The notes under the pieces were generated by a model that was given only the letters and a program-made list of their open reading frames with translations, was not told the DNA's origin and made no database searches. From assembly GCA_036743055.1 (NCBI GenBank), contig DAINQE010000011.1:5516-57652 (forward strand): 52,137 nucleotides of DNA, read 5' to 3'. The stretch comes from Candidatus Sabulitectum sp. GTDB lineage: Bacteria; Fermentibacterota; Fermentibacteria; Fermentibacterales; JCC-6. Shown piece by piece: positions 9,521-17,875 of the stretch (position 1 is the first letter of the stretch; each line of letters begins with the position of its first letter). The position numbers were made by a program, and so were the translations under genes.

Positions 9521-9694
9521 TTTCCTCCATAACCGCTTATCAAATAATATAAAAATAGAATGGTTGGGCAAAGGGATATGTTTCGTAGAAACGAGGGAAA
9601 AATTCCGCAGTATAAGGAAAAAAATACCATAGAAACAGAGATGACATTTCATCAGATATTGGTTAAACAATTATTGCACATGACTATAAGCCAG

Positions 9695-9710
9695 TGGTAA
9701 ACCAATTGCT
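9695..9710 (+). promoter_or_regulatory. Sigma-54-type -24/-12 promoter element upstream of the secreted-protein triplet
   Basis: TGGTAAACCAATTGCT matches TGGCAC-N5-TTGCW in the invariant GG and GC and in their exact spacing. It lies 38 nt upstream of ATG 9748 in an AT-rich divergent intergenic region next to an enhancer-binding-protein gene. Confidence 0.5.
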
Positions 9711-9747
9711 TTTCTCTGGCTACGAGCTACTTGAAAGGAGAGTTGCA

Positions 9748-10266
9748 ATGGGAAAATTACTGATCATGGCGGCTGTTCTCGTTCCCGCAGCATACGCGGT
9801 AAACGGAGTGGAGCTTTCATACCACGGGGAGACCCCGGAATGGATGTTCAGCGCAGGACAGTGCAGGGGAACATGGTTCGACATCCAGGATTTCCAGCCA
9901 GGGGCAACGGAGTTCACCGTGGAATGGGCGGAGATATGGCTGTTCTCATACCCCTCCGGGACCTGTCTGGAGCTCTGGAACGGTGGGATGTCAGGTCCTG
10001 CGGAACTGGTGACCTCCGCGGAGCTGACAGATGGAATGGTGTGGCTGCCGGACCCTGTTGTTATGGAAGGCCAGTTCTGGTGTCTGGTTACCTCAGGGGA
10101 GCCGATTCAGATCCTCGCCGACGGAGAGGCCGACGGGCACAGCTTCTATTCTGACGACTGGCTTATATGGGAGCAGTTCGATCTGGGTGAATTCTTCATT
10201 TCGGTGGGGAATGAGTCCGAAGAGCTCAGCCAGCATTCCTGGGCGGCCCTTAAGACAGCTTTTTAA
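9748..10266 (+). CDS. Small secreted protein, paralog 1 of tandem triplet, C-terminal tail SWAALKTAF
   Basis: Start at ATG 9748 after AAAGGAGAG. Signal-like N-terminus MGKLLIMAAVLVPAAYA. Shares GTWFDIQDFQPG and HSFYSDDWLIWE motifs with the next two genes. Confidence 0.75.
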   Translation: MGKLLIMAAVLVPAAYAVNGVELSYHGETPEWMFSAGQCRGTWFDIQDFQPGATEFTVEWAEIWLFSYPSGTCLELWNGGMSGPAELVTSAELTDGMVWLPDPVVMEGQFWCLVTSGEPIQILADGEADGHSFYSDDWLIWEQFDLGEFFISVGNESEELSQHSWAALKTAF

Positions 10267-10279
10267 ATTGGAGGAACCC

Positions 10280-10876
10280 ATGTTCATGGCTATCATGATA
10301 CTCGCCGTGGCAGGTATGACCGATGTTCCCGCTGACGATTTGCTGCCGGAAGTCGAGATGGACTGGGAGTGGCTCACCTACTGCAGCGGCACTCCGGGAT
10401 GGATCAGCTGGGCGGGAACTTACCGAGGGACCTGGTTCCATCTGGAGGATTTCTACCCCGGTGTCATCGAGACTGCGCTCTCCGCATCGGAGTTCTGGTT
10501 CTACCACCATTCCAGCTATCCCTGGGACACAAGCGATGCTTACATCGAACTCTGGGCAGGTGAAGAGAATGGACCGGCGGCTCAGATCAGGCAGGACATT
10601 GCCACCGCCGTTCACTTCGCACCAGTCTATGTTATCTGCGAACCCCCGGAGACCGTTCCCGGGGATTTCTGGGTGCTGGTGAACACCGAGATGAGCGCCG
10701 GGGGCTGGCCCTCGCTCCTTGGTGACGATTCATCGCAGCCTGTAAATCACAGCTTCTTCAGTGATGATTTCATTGTGTGGGAGCCATGGTTCGGGAGGAA
10801 CTTATTCATCGCCGTGCTGGCGGATGTGGACGCCATATCTTCCACCAGCTGGGGTTGCCTGAAGACGCTGTTTTGA
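10280..10876 (+). CDS. Small secreted protein, paralog 2 of tandem triplet, C-terminal tail SWGCLKTLF
   Basis: Start at ATG 10280 after GGAGGAA, 13 nt after the paralog 1 stop. Hydrophobic N-terminus MFMAIMILAVAG. Roughly half of positions are identical to paralog 3 by eye. Confidence 0.75.
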   Translation: MFMAIMILAVAGMTDVPADDLLPEVEMDWEWLTYCSGTPGWISWAGTYRGTWFHLEDFYPGVIETALSASEFWFYHHSSYPWDTSDAYIELWAGEENGPAAQIRQDIATAVHFAPVYVICEPPETVPGDFWVLVNTEMSAGGWPSLLGDDSSQPVNHSFFSDDFIVWEPWFGRNLFIAVLADVDAISSTSWGCLKTLF

Positions 10877-10903
10877 CCCTTGCCCCGGCGAGAGGAGAGG
10901 GAA

Positions 10904-11521
10904 ATGCTGCTGTGCGTGCTGTCAGTTATCCTCTTCGCTGCACAGAGCAGCGGGGGATTCTGTCCCTCGGAAGAGGGGCTGCCTTCAGTGGAAAGGAACT
11001 GGGACTGGCTGACCTATTGCGATGGAACACCCTCATGGATTACCTGGCAAGGCACCTACAGGGGAACATGGTTCCATCTGGAGGACTTCCATCCGGGGGT
11101 GGAGGAGGCCTGGATCAGCTGCTCCGAGTTCTGGTTCTATCATCATAACAGCGTTTGGGATACCAGCCATGCTTACTTCGAGTTATGGACCGGCGAAGCT
11201 TCGGGCCCCGGAGAACTCCTTGACAGACAGTCCGGCTATGCCCTTCACTATGCTCCTACTTATATAACCTACGGTCCTCCATTGGAGGTGCCATTCGATT
11301 TCTGGACGATGGTGAACACCACCTTCAGCACCGGGGGATGGCCGTCGAGTCTTACTGACGGTGCAGATCTTCCGCAGCCCCACAGTTTCTTCAGCGACGA
11401 TTTCGTTCTATGGGAACCATGGGAACCGGTGGGCAGGAACAGCAGCTATTTCATTTATGTTCAGATGAATATGTTCAGCATGAACAGCTGCACCTGGGGA
11501 TCGCTGAAAACCCTGTTCTAA
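10904..11521 (+). CDS. Small secreted protein, paralog 3 of tandem triplet, C-terminal tail TWGSLKTLF
   Basis: Preferred start ATG 10904 (MLLCVLSVILFAAQ) after AGGAGAGG; the alternative is TTG 10880. Motifs WDWLTYCDGTP, GTYRGTWFHLEDFHPG, HSFFSDDFVLWEPW. Confidence 0.75.
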   Translation: MLLCVLSVILFAAQSSGGFCPSEEGLPSVERNWDWLTYCDGTPSWITWQGTYRGTWFHLEDFHPGVEEAWISCSEFWFYHHNSVWDTSHAYFELWTGEASGPGELLDRQSGYALHYAPTYITYGPPLEVPFDFWTMVNTTFSTGGWPSSLTDGADLPQPHSFFSDDFVLWEPWEPVGRNSSYFIYVQMNMFSMNSCTWGSLKTLF

Positions 11522-11552
11522 GTGTGTTCTTTTCGCGTGAGAAGGAGCTTAC

Positions 11553-11879
11553 ATGAAAATGATCGCCTACTGCGGCCTGGACTGCGGCGTATGCCCGGCC
11601 AGAGCGGCTTACCTGAACGATGACGACGAACTGAGGAGGAAGACCGCTTCCGAGTGGTCAAGCATGTACGGCGCAGACATTCCGCCTGTGAGCATCAACT
11701 GCACCGGCTGCACCGGGGAGGGCATCAAGTTCCATCACTGCGAGCACGGCTGCGAGATACGGCGGTGCGCCCTTCCCAGGGAGATAGCCAACTGCGGTGA
11801 ATGCGCCGAGTATCCATGCGAGAAGATAACGGCTTTCTTCGAGTTCGTTCCCGAGGCCAGGGAGAACCTGGAGGGCTGA
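11553..11879 (+). CDS. Cys-rich DUF3795-like protein
   Basis: 108 aa. Begins MKMIAYCGLDCGVCP and carries 11 Cys in CxxC-type pairs, as I recall for DUF3795. RBS AAGGAG. Confidence 0.6.
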   Translation: MKMIAYCGLDCGVCPARAAYLNDDDELRRKTASEWSSMYGADIPPVSINCTGCTGEGIKFHHCEHGCEIRRCALPREIANCGECAEYPCEKITAFFEFVPEARENLEG

Positions 11880-11924
11880 TCCCACGGAATGTTCCGATAT
11901 TGGGATGCGTTCTGCGCAAATCCA

Positions 11925-11952
11925 TTGACGAAATCGCCGGACCAGGTATGAT
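11925..11952 (+). promoter_or_regulatory. Candidate sigma-70-type promoter of glnA
   Basis: TTGACG (11925-11930), 16 nt spacer, TATGAT (11947-11952), about 33 nt upstream of ATG 11985. Confidence 0.4.
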
Positions 11953-11984
11953 TCCTGCATTCTGAACACGAATGGAGGATCAAT

Positions 11985-13316
11985 ATGCCTGAGCGCATTC
12001 CTGATATCCTTGCCAGGTGCCGGGATGAGAACGTGCATTTCCTGAGGCTTCAGTTCACCGATATCGACGGCATAATCAAGAACGTGGAGGTTCCCGAGAG
12101 TCAGTTCGAGAAGGCCCTTTCAGGCGAGATCATGTTCGACGGCTCGTCCATTGAGGGTTTTACCCGTATAGAGGAATCCGACATGCTCCTCTCCCCGGAC
12201 CTGAGCACCTTCGCGGTGTTCCCCTGGGAGAGCCAGTACGGCAGGATAGGCCGGCTCATCTGCGACATTTCCAGCCCCGACGGAACCCCCTTCCCCGGAT
12301 GCCCCCGGTCCATTCTGAAGAGACAGACAGAGAAGGCGGCCAGGCTGGGATACAGGGTAATGGTTGGCCCCGAGGCTGAGTTCTTCCTCTTTCACTGCGA
12401 CGGGAAGGGGAACCCCGTTACAGAGACCCACGACAGAGGGGGCTACTTCGACCTCTCCCCGGTGGACCGGGGCGAGGACGCCAGGCGGGACGTGGTCCTG
12501 GCCCTGGAGGCCATGGGCTACGAGGTGGAGGCCGCCCACCACGAGGTTGCCCCGGGTCAGCACGAGATCGATTTCAGGTACGTGGAAGCCGTCGAGGCGG
12601 CGGACAACATAGTCACCTTCAAGTTCGTGGTTAAAAAGGTGGCCCTGCTGCACGGGCTCCATGCCACTTTCATGCCCAAGCCGATGGCCGATGAGGCCGG
12701 GTCTGGAATGCACACCCACTTCTCGATGTTCGACAGTTCAGGCAGCAACGTTTTCTACGGCAGGGAAGACGAGTTCGGTCTTTCCCCGCTCTGCAGGGAG
12801 TTCATAGCTGGTGTGCTGGAACACGCGATGGGTTTCACCGCGGTGACCAACCCCCTGGTGAACTCCTACAAGAGGCTCGTACCCGGCTACGAGGCCCCGA
12901 TCAACGTTGCCTGGTCAATGAAGAACAGGTCGCCTCTGATCAGGATCCCGGAAGCCAGGGGGAAGGGTACCAGATGCGAGATCAGGGTGCCTGACCCTTC
13001 ATGCAACCCCTACCTGGCGCTTGCGGTGATGCTTGCAGCAGGTCTCGACGGGATCGAGAACGGCCTTGAATGCGGTGAACCGGTGAACAGGAACATCTTC
13101 TCCATGAGCGGCAGGGAGAAGAAGAGGCTGAAGATCAGGACCCTTCCCGACAGCCTGGCGGCTGCCCTGGACCACATGGAGAAGGACGAAACGGTAAGGG
13201 AAGCAATGGGGGAGCATGTATTCCAGCACTTCCTTCTGAACAAGCGCAGGGAGTGGGACAGGTACATAAAGGTTATCCACCCATGGGAGCTGGAGAGATA
13301 CCTGGACCGTTACTGA
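11985..13316 (+). CDS. glnA: Glutamine synthetase, type I-alpha (no adenylylation loop seen)
   Basis: 443 aa. Hallmark GS motifs: FDGSSIEGF, GPEAEFFLF, HHEVAPGQHEIDF, KPMADEAGSGMHTHFS, NSYKRLVPGYEAP. RBS GGAGGA. Confidence 0.93.
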   Translation: MPERIPDILARCRDENVHFLRLQFTDIDGIIKNVEVPESQFEKALSGEIMFDGSSIEGFTRIEESDMLLSPDLSTFAVFPWESQYGRIGRLICDISSPDGTPFPGCPRSILKRQTEKAARLGYRVMVGPEAEFFLFHCDGKGNPVTETHDRGGYFDLSPVDRGEDARRDVVLALEAMGYEVEAAHHEVAPGQHEIDFRYVEAVEAADNIVTFKFVVKKVALLHGLHATFMPKPMADEAGSGMHTHFSMFDSSGSNVFYGREDEFGLSPLCREFIAGVLEHAMGFTAVTNPLVNSYKRLVPGYEAPINVAWSMKNRSPLIRIPEARGKGTRCEIRVPDPSCNPYLALAVMLAAGLDGIENGLECGEPVNRNIFSMSGREKKRLKIRTLPDSLAAALDHMEKDETVREAMGEHVFQHFLLNKRREWDRYIKVIHPWELERYLDRY

Positions 13317-16270
13317 AGAATCATTGCCCCTGTGCCTGTCCGGCCGTCCACCATTACCTTCACGCTGCTGCCCAGGCGGATATGGCGAAGATGCGGAGTT
13401 TCTTCCACGGCTTCGGCTGAGTTCAGCCTTTCCCAGTTGATCATGGAGCCGGATCTGTTATGGGGCACGGTGAAGTAAACGACACCCAGTGAAGTCATGT
13501 TCTGGAAGAAGTGCGATCCCTGGGAGGGGTCGATGTTCATGTTGGGCTGGCTGGCTTCCACAATGACCCTGGCGCCTGAGATCTGGCTCCATGTAACCGG
13601 AATGCCCAGCCAGGGGTCGGATGATCCCCACCTGCCAGGGCCGATGAGTATGAAGGGCCTCTCAGCCTCGAAGAGCTTCCTGTTGAGAGCCTCCACTTCC
13701 TTTACTATGTCCCTGGTCCTGGCGGCGCTGAAGTCGTCGGGCTTCACGTAAACCACATCCTGGATGGACTGGATGGTGCCATTCCCCAGGGCAGTCTGAG
13801 TGATGCAGAGCAGTTCCTCCCGGGCGAAGCTGTCCGGGTCCACGTCCACCAGGTCATGACTGACCACCATGGGCCGTATCTGCAGAAGCCCGAACCGGGC
13901 GGGCATGGGTCGCTTCTCGCCCAGTGTAACCGCGAACTCTATCTCCACCGGGCAGCCCATGGCCTTTTCGCCCATCTTCAGAAGGTAGTCGGTTATCTGG
14001 GGAAGGGGGAAGATGCCGCTCTTGAGTATGTGGGCGAAGTTCAGCACCCTGGGGCCCGGGCGGGTAATGCCGTCCATTACCCTTTCGTTGGCCGCGTCGT
14101 AGGTGGAGCCCAGGTACTCCAGGGTTCCGTCCTTCTCAGCCTGCTCCAGGCCGTGGCTTGTTATGTACTGATCCTCGTCCATGGCGGAGCCCCAGTTGGA
14201 GTTGTTCATCTCAACGGCATAGAAGCGCTTCTGGGAGTTGTCCAGCATATCCTTCAGCGTGCCGAACTGGGGAAGTACCCTGGGATATCTGGGGGTGAAC
14301 CTCAGGGACATCCCCCCGTCCACTATGGCCTTGCCCAGCCCCAGCGCCACATTCACCACGCCGTCCTCCGGTTTTGCAGAACCCGCCGGGTAGAAGTCGT
14401 ATGACCTTCCCACTCCGGAGAAGTGGGGGTAGAACAGGTCCCTGTGCTGCCTCCCCTCAACCTTCTGGAGGAGAACCGCCATCTTTTCCTCCTCCACTCT
14501 GTGGTTGGTCGCCCTGATGTACGACTTGGCCGACTTCATGAAAGCAGATGCATAGACGAACTTCACCGCACTTACCAGGTGTCTGAAGCGTACGTCGAGG
14601 TCACGGGAGTTATTGGGGAGCATCTTGGTGGCGTAGATGCCGGCGAAGGGCTGGTACATGGCGTCTTCGAGAAGGCTCGACGAACGGACGGCTATCGGGG
14701 TGGTAACCGTTCGCAGATAGTCCCTCAGGTCTCCCAGTATCGTGGCGGGAAGGGAGGCCTTCTGGAACGCCCTGTTTATCCTGTCATCGTCCTGGCACTC
14801 GATGGCCAGTGAGTGGAGGTCGTTCCCCCTGATGAACTCGTCGAAGAACTCGGTGGTGATGATGACCGTGTTGGGAACGGACAGCTCAACCCTTCTGAAC
14901 CTGTCCTCCTCGAGGTTCGCCGCCAGCATCCTGTCTATGAAGGCCAGGCCCCTGCCTTTCCCTCCCATGGAGCCGCTGCCCAGCCTGCTGAACATGAGCT
15001 TCTCCTCGTGGAAGGACCTGCTGTAAGGGGTTACATAGCCCCGCCTCTGTTCGGTCTTCCACGCCCTGTAACCCTTCAGCAGGGATCGACCCTCAAGCCC
15101 GACTGATGCCGCCTTTTCCAGGAATTTGCATAGATCAAGCTCCGTGCGTATCCTGAGCCACCGGCGCATCCTTCCGGAGAGCCAGCATTCGCTGATGAAC
15201 TCCTCCGGCAGGTTCTCCAGGGCGGTGGCCAGCTCTGCGACGTTGGAGGCCGTTCTTGCGGTGTTCCCATCCGCGTCCAGGAACCTGAGTTCATCGAAGT
15301 CCATGTAGTTCCTGAGTACCTGACCCAGGTCCGCGATCAGGGTTTCCGAGTTCTTGTTCACATATCCCACGGAGTGTTCAGCGGCGATCCCGGCGCCGTT
15401 GGCCTCGCTGGTCTGGAGCACCACGGGCACTCCCGGCGCTTTCTCCCTCACTTTTTCGATAAGGGCCAGCCCCGCTTTGTTGTCATGACTGCCGTTGCGG
15501 TGGAAACGCATGTCGGTGATAACGCCCACAAGGGAACTGGAGTATGATTCCAGGTTTTCCAGGGCCTCTTCCATGTTGGTGGCCAAAAGTACCTTGGTGC
15601 GGGCCCTGGCCTTCAGCTTCTGCCTGGTAGAGGACTTCATGCTGGAGAGGGAATCCCTGCAGCTCCGGTGAATGACCTCCATTCCCTGGTGAAGGTATCT
15701 GGAGTAGAACGTCACATCATCCTCAACCAGGAGCAGGCATGGGGCGCCCTGCTCCCCGCAGTCCGCCGGGGCGTTCATTGTGTTCTCCGCAAGCTGTATT
15801 ATGCCCCCGATGATCTCCCCGTTGCCCATCCAGGTGAAGAGCCTGTATGGAACTGAACCTGGATTGCGGCTGCTCACCTTCCTGAGCTCCTCGGAGTTGT
15901 GGGTGAGAACCGTTACCGGCAGGGTCTCGTTAATCTCCTTTACCCTTTCCGTGAACTCCCTGAAGGTGGATCCGTCGCCGGTGGACATGCAGATGATCAT
16001 GTCGAAGCGTACCCCGGCGGGATTTCTGAGCATCTGAAGGGCCGTCTGCGCGTCGGGAACCTGGTGGAATGATGGCGCTCCACCTGTCTCGTCTGCGAAG
16101 GACGCTCCGTGGAGGATATCCTCCAGCATTCCATCCTCCTCGACGGTGTAGTAATCATAGAGGCTGCAGAGGAGCATCACGTTCTGTATCCTCAGCCTGT
16201 TCAGGCTCCGGTAGGTGGACTCCATCATGTGCAGCTTGAGTTCACCGGGTTCTCCTGTTGTCACGGACAT
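13310..16270 (-). CDS. Receiver-domain protein fused to a PEP/pyruvate-binding (PPDK_N, ATP-grasp) domain and a conserved GPGRWGS C-terminal domain
   Basis: 986 aa. Receiver-like regions (LLLVEDD ... VITDMRF ... VVLQTSE). PPDK_N motifs GGKGRGLAF and IAVRSSSLLEDAMYQPFAGIY. C-terminus ILIGPGRWGSSDPWLGIPV...GSHFFQN lacks the canonical phosphohistidine swivel domain. The start may be GTG 16264, because GGGAGG abuts ATG 16270. Confidence 0.75.
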   Translation of the reverse strand: MSVTTGEPGELKLHMMESTYRSLNRLRIQNVMLLCSLYDYYTVEEDGMLEDILHGASFADETGGAPSFHQVPDAQTALQMLRNPAGVRFDMIICMSTGDGSTFREFTERVKEINETLPVTVLTHNSEELRKVSSRNPGSVPYRLFTWMGNGEIIGGIIQLAENTMNAPADCGEQGAPCLLLVEDDVTFYSRYLHQGMEVIHRSCRDSLSSMKSSTRQKLKARARTKVLLATNMEEALENLESYSSSLVGVITDMRFHRNGSHDNKAGLALIEKVREKAPGVPVVLQTSEANGAGIAAEHSVGYVNKNSETLIADLGQVLRNYMDFDELRFLDADGNTARTASNVAELATALENLPEEFISECWLSGRMRRWLRIRTELDLCKFLEKAASVGLEGRSLLKGYRAWKTEQRRGYVTPYSRSFHEEKLMFSRLGSGSMGGKGRGLAFIDRMLAANLEEDRFRRVELSVPNTVIITTEFFDEFIRGNDLHSLAIECQDDDRINRAFQKASLPATILGDLRDYLRTVTTPIAVRSSSLLEDAMYQPFAGIYATKMLPNNSRDLDVRFRHLVSAVKFVYASAFMKSAKSYIRATNHRVEEEKMAVLLQKVEGRQHRDLFYPHFSGVGRSYDFYPAGSAKPEDGVVNVALGLGKAIVDGGMSLRFTPRYPRVLPQFGTLKDMLDNSQKRFYAVEMNNSNWGSAMDEDQYITSHGLEQAEKDGTLEYLGSTYDAANERVMDGITRPGPRVLNFAHILKSGIFPLPQITDYLLKMGEKAMGCPVEIEFAVTLGEKRPMPARFGLLQIRPMVVSHDLVDVDPDSFAREELLCITQTALGNGTIQSIQDVVYVKPDDFSAARTRDIVKEVEALNRKLFEAERPFILIGPGRWGSSDPWLGIPVTWSQISGARVIVEASQPNMNIDPSQGSHFFQNMTSLGVVYFTVPHNRSGSMINWERLNSAEAVEETPHLRHIRLGSSVKVMVDGRTGTGAMILQ

Positions 16271-16368
16271 CCTCCCTGTGCCGGGTGAAAAAGCTTGTTT
16301 TCCGGAGGGTTATTATGCCCCCCTTCCGAAGAGCCGGTCAAGCTGTTATCGCAGTGCAAGAAACAGTA

Positions 16369-16397
16369 TTGACAGCACCCTGGCATGGCAGTAGTCT
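16369..16397 (+). promoter_or_regulatory. Weak candidate sigma-70-type promoter of gdhA
   Basis: TTGACA (16369-16374), 17 nt spacer, TAGTCT (16392-16397). The -10 is poor. Confidence 0.25.
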
Positions 16398-16473
16398 ATC
16401 ACGTTCGTATGAAAAGCCATGCGGAAAACCTGCTACCAGTCGTTTCTAACATCCACGAAAAAGGAGAGTGAGA

Positions 16474-17826
16474 ATGCTGGAAGAACTCTACCAGAAAGTA
16501 GTGCAAAAGGACCCGGCGCAGCCTGAATTCCATCAGGCAGTTCAGGAGGTTCTCGAATCACTTGAGGTAGTTCTCGACAGGCACCCCGAGTACAGAAGCG
16601 CCAGGATCCCTGAGAGGATCGTCGAACCTGAGCGCGTGATAATGTTCCGGGTTCCCTGGGTGAAGGACGACGGGGAAGTCCAGGTCAACAGGGGTTTCCG
16701 CATCGAGATGAACAGTGCCATCGGACCCTACAAGGGTGGCCTCCGTTTCCACCCTTCGGTGAACCTGGGCATCCTTAAGTTCCTGGCCTTCGAGCAGGTG
16801 TTCAAGAACGCCCTCACCACCATCCCCATGGGCGGAGGCAAGGGCGGAAGCGATTTCGATCCCAAGGGTAAGTCCGACAACGAAGTGATGCGTTTCTGCC
16901 AGAGCTTTATGAGCGAGCTGTTCCGTCACATCGGCCCATCCACCGACATCCCCGCCGGGGACATCGGCGTGGGCGGCCGTGAGATCGGCTTCCTCTTCGG
17001 TCAGTACAAGAAGCTCAGCAACGAGTGGAGCGGTGTTCTCACCGGAAAGGGCCTGGAGTACGGCGGAAGCCTCATCCGCCCGGAAGCAACCGGATACGGT
17101 TCCGTCTACTTCGGTGAGGAGATGCTGAAGACCCGGGGCGACAGCTACCATGGCAAGAGCTGCCTGGTCTCCGGAAGCGGCAACGTTGCCCAGTACACCA
17201 CCGAGAAGATCAACCAGCTGGGCGGCAAGGTGGTAACACTCTCCGACTCCAGCGGCTACATCTACGATGAAGAGGGTATCTTCGCCGAGAAACTCGACTT
17301 CGTGATGGAGCTGAAGAACGTTCGCAGGGGCAGGATCAAGGAGTACGCCGACAAGTATCCCAACGCGGTTTACACCCCCATTGATCCCAACATGGACTAC
17401 AACCCCCTGTGGAACCACAAGGCCGACTGCGCCTTCCCCAGCGCCACCCAGAACGAGATCAACGCCAAGGACGCCCAGAACCTGGTGAACAACGGCGTGT
17501 TCCTGGTCTCTGAGGGCGCCAACATGCCCACTACTCCCGACGGAGTGAACATCTTCCTTGACAACAAGGTACTCTACGGCCCCGGCAAGGCCGCCAACGC
17601 CGGTGGAGTGGCCACTTCAGGTCTGGAGATGGCCCAGAACGCCATCTTCTCCAAGTGGACCAGGGAAGAAGTGGATCACAAGCTTCACAACATCATGATC
17701 CAGATCCACAAGCAGGCCTTCGACGCCGCAGAGTTCTACGGCGATCCTGGCAACTACGTTCTCGGCGCCAACGCCGCCGGTTTCCGCAAGGTTGCCGACG
17801 CCATGATGGCACAGGGCGTGGTATAG
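16474..17826 (+). CDS. gdhA: NADP-specific glutamate dehydrogenase (about 450-aa hexameric GdhA type)
   Basis: Start preferred at ATG 16474 (AAGGAGAG 5-6 nt upstream); GTG 16468 is the alternative. Motifs GGLRFHPSVNL, KNALTTIPMGGGKGGSDFDPKGKS, VSGSGNVAQY. Confidence 0.93.
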   Translation: MLEELYQKVVQKDPAQPEFHQAVQEVLESLEVVLDRHPEYRSARIPERIVEPERVIMFRVPWVKDDGEVQVNRGFRIEMNSAIGPYKGGLRFHPSVNLGILKFLAFEQVFKNALTTIPMGGGKGGSDFDPKGKSDNEVMRFCQSFMSELFRHIGPSTDIPAGDIGVGGREIGFLFGQYKKLSNEWSGVLTGKGLEYGGSLIRPEATGYGSVYFGEEMLKTRGDSYHGKSCLVSGSGNVAQYTTEKINQLGGKVVTLSDSSGYIYDEEGIFAEKLDFVMELKNVRRGRIKEYADKYPNAVYTPIDPNMDYNPLWNHKADCAFPSATQNEINAKDAQNLVNNGVFLVSEGANMPTTPDGVNIFLDNKVLYGPGKAANAGGVATSGLEMAQNAIFSKWTREEVDHKLHNIMIQIHKQAFDAAEFYGDPGNYVLGANAAGFRKVADAMMAQGVV

Positions 17827-17845
17827 TTCGGCACGGTTAAGAAGT

Positions 17846-17870
17846 GGGCCCTCCGCGCTGCGGGGGGCCC
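17846..17870. terminator. GC-rich hairpin between convergent gdhA and zupT
   Basis: GGGCCCTCCGC-gct-GCGGGGGGCCC (one mismatch) followed by TTCGTTT. Sits in the 49-nt gap between two convergent stop codons. Confidence 0.55.
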
Positions 17871-17875
17871 TTCGT

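Noticed and set aside
11901-11916. TGGGATGCGTTCTGCG upstream of glnA as a sigma-54 promoter.
   Set aside because: GG and GC are correctly spaced, but the -12 region is CTGC rather than TTGC and the -24 flank is poor. A better sigma-70-like TTGACG-16-TATGAT lies just downstream.
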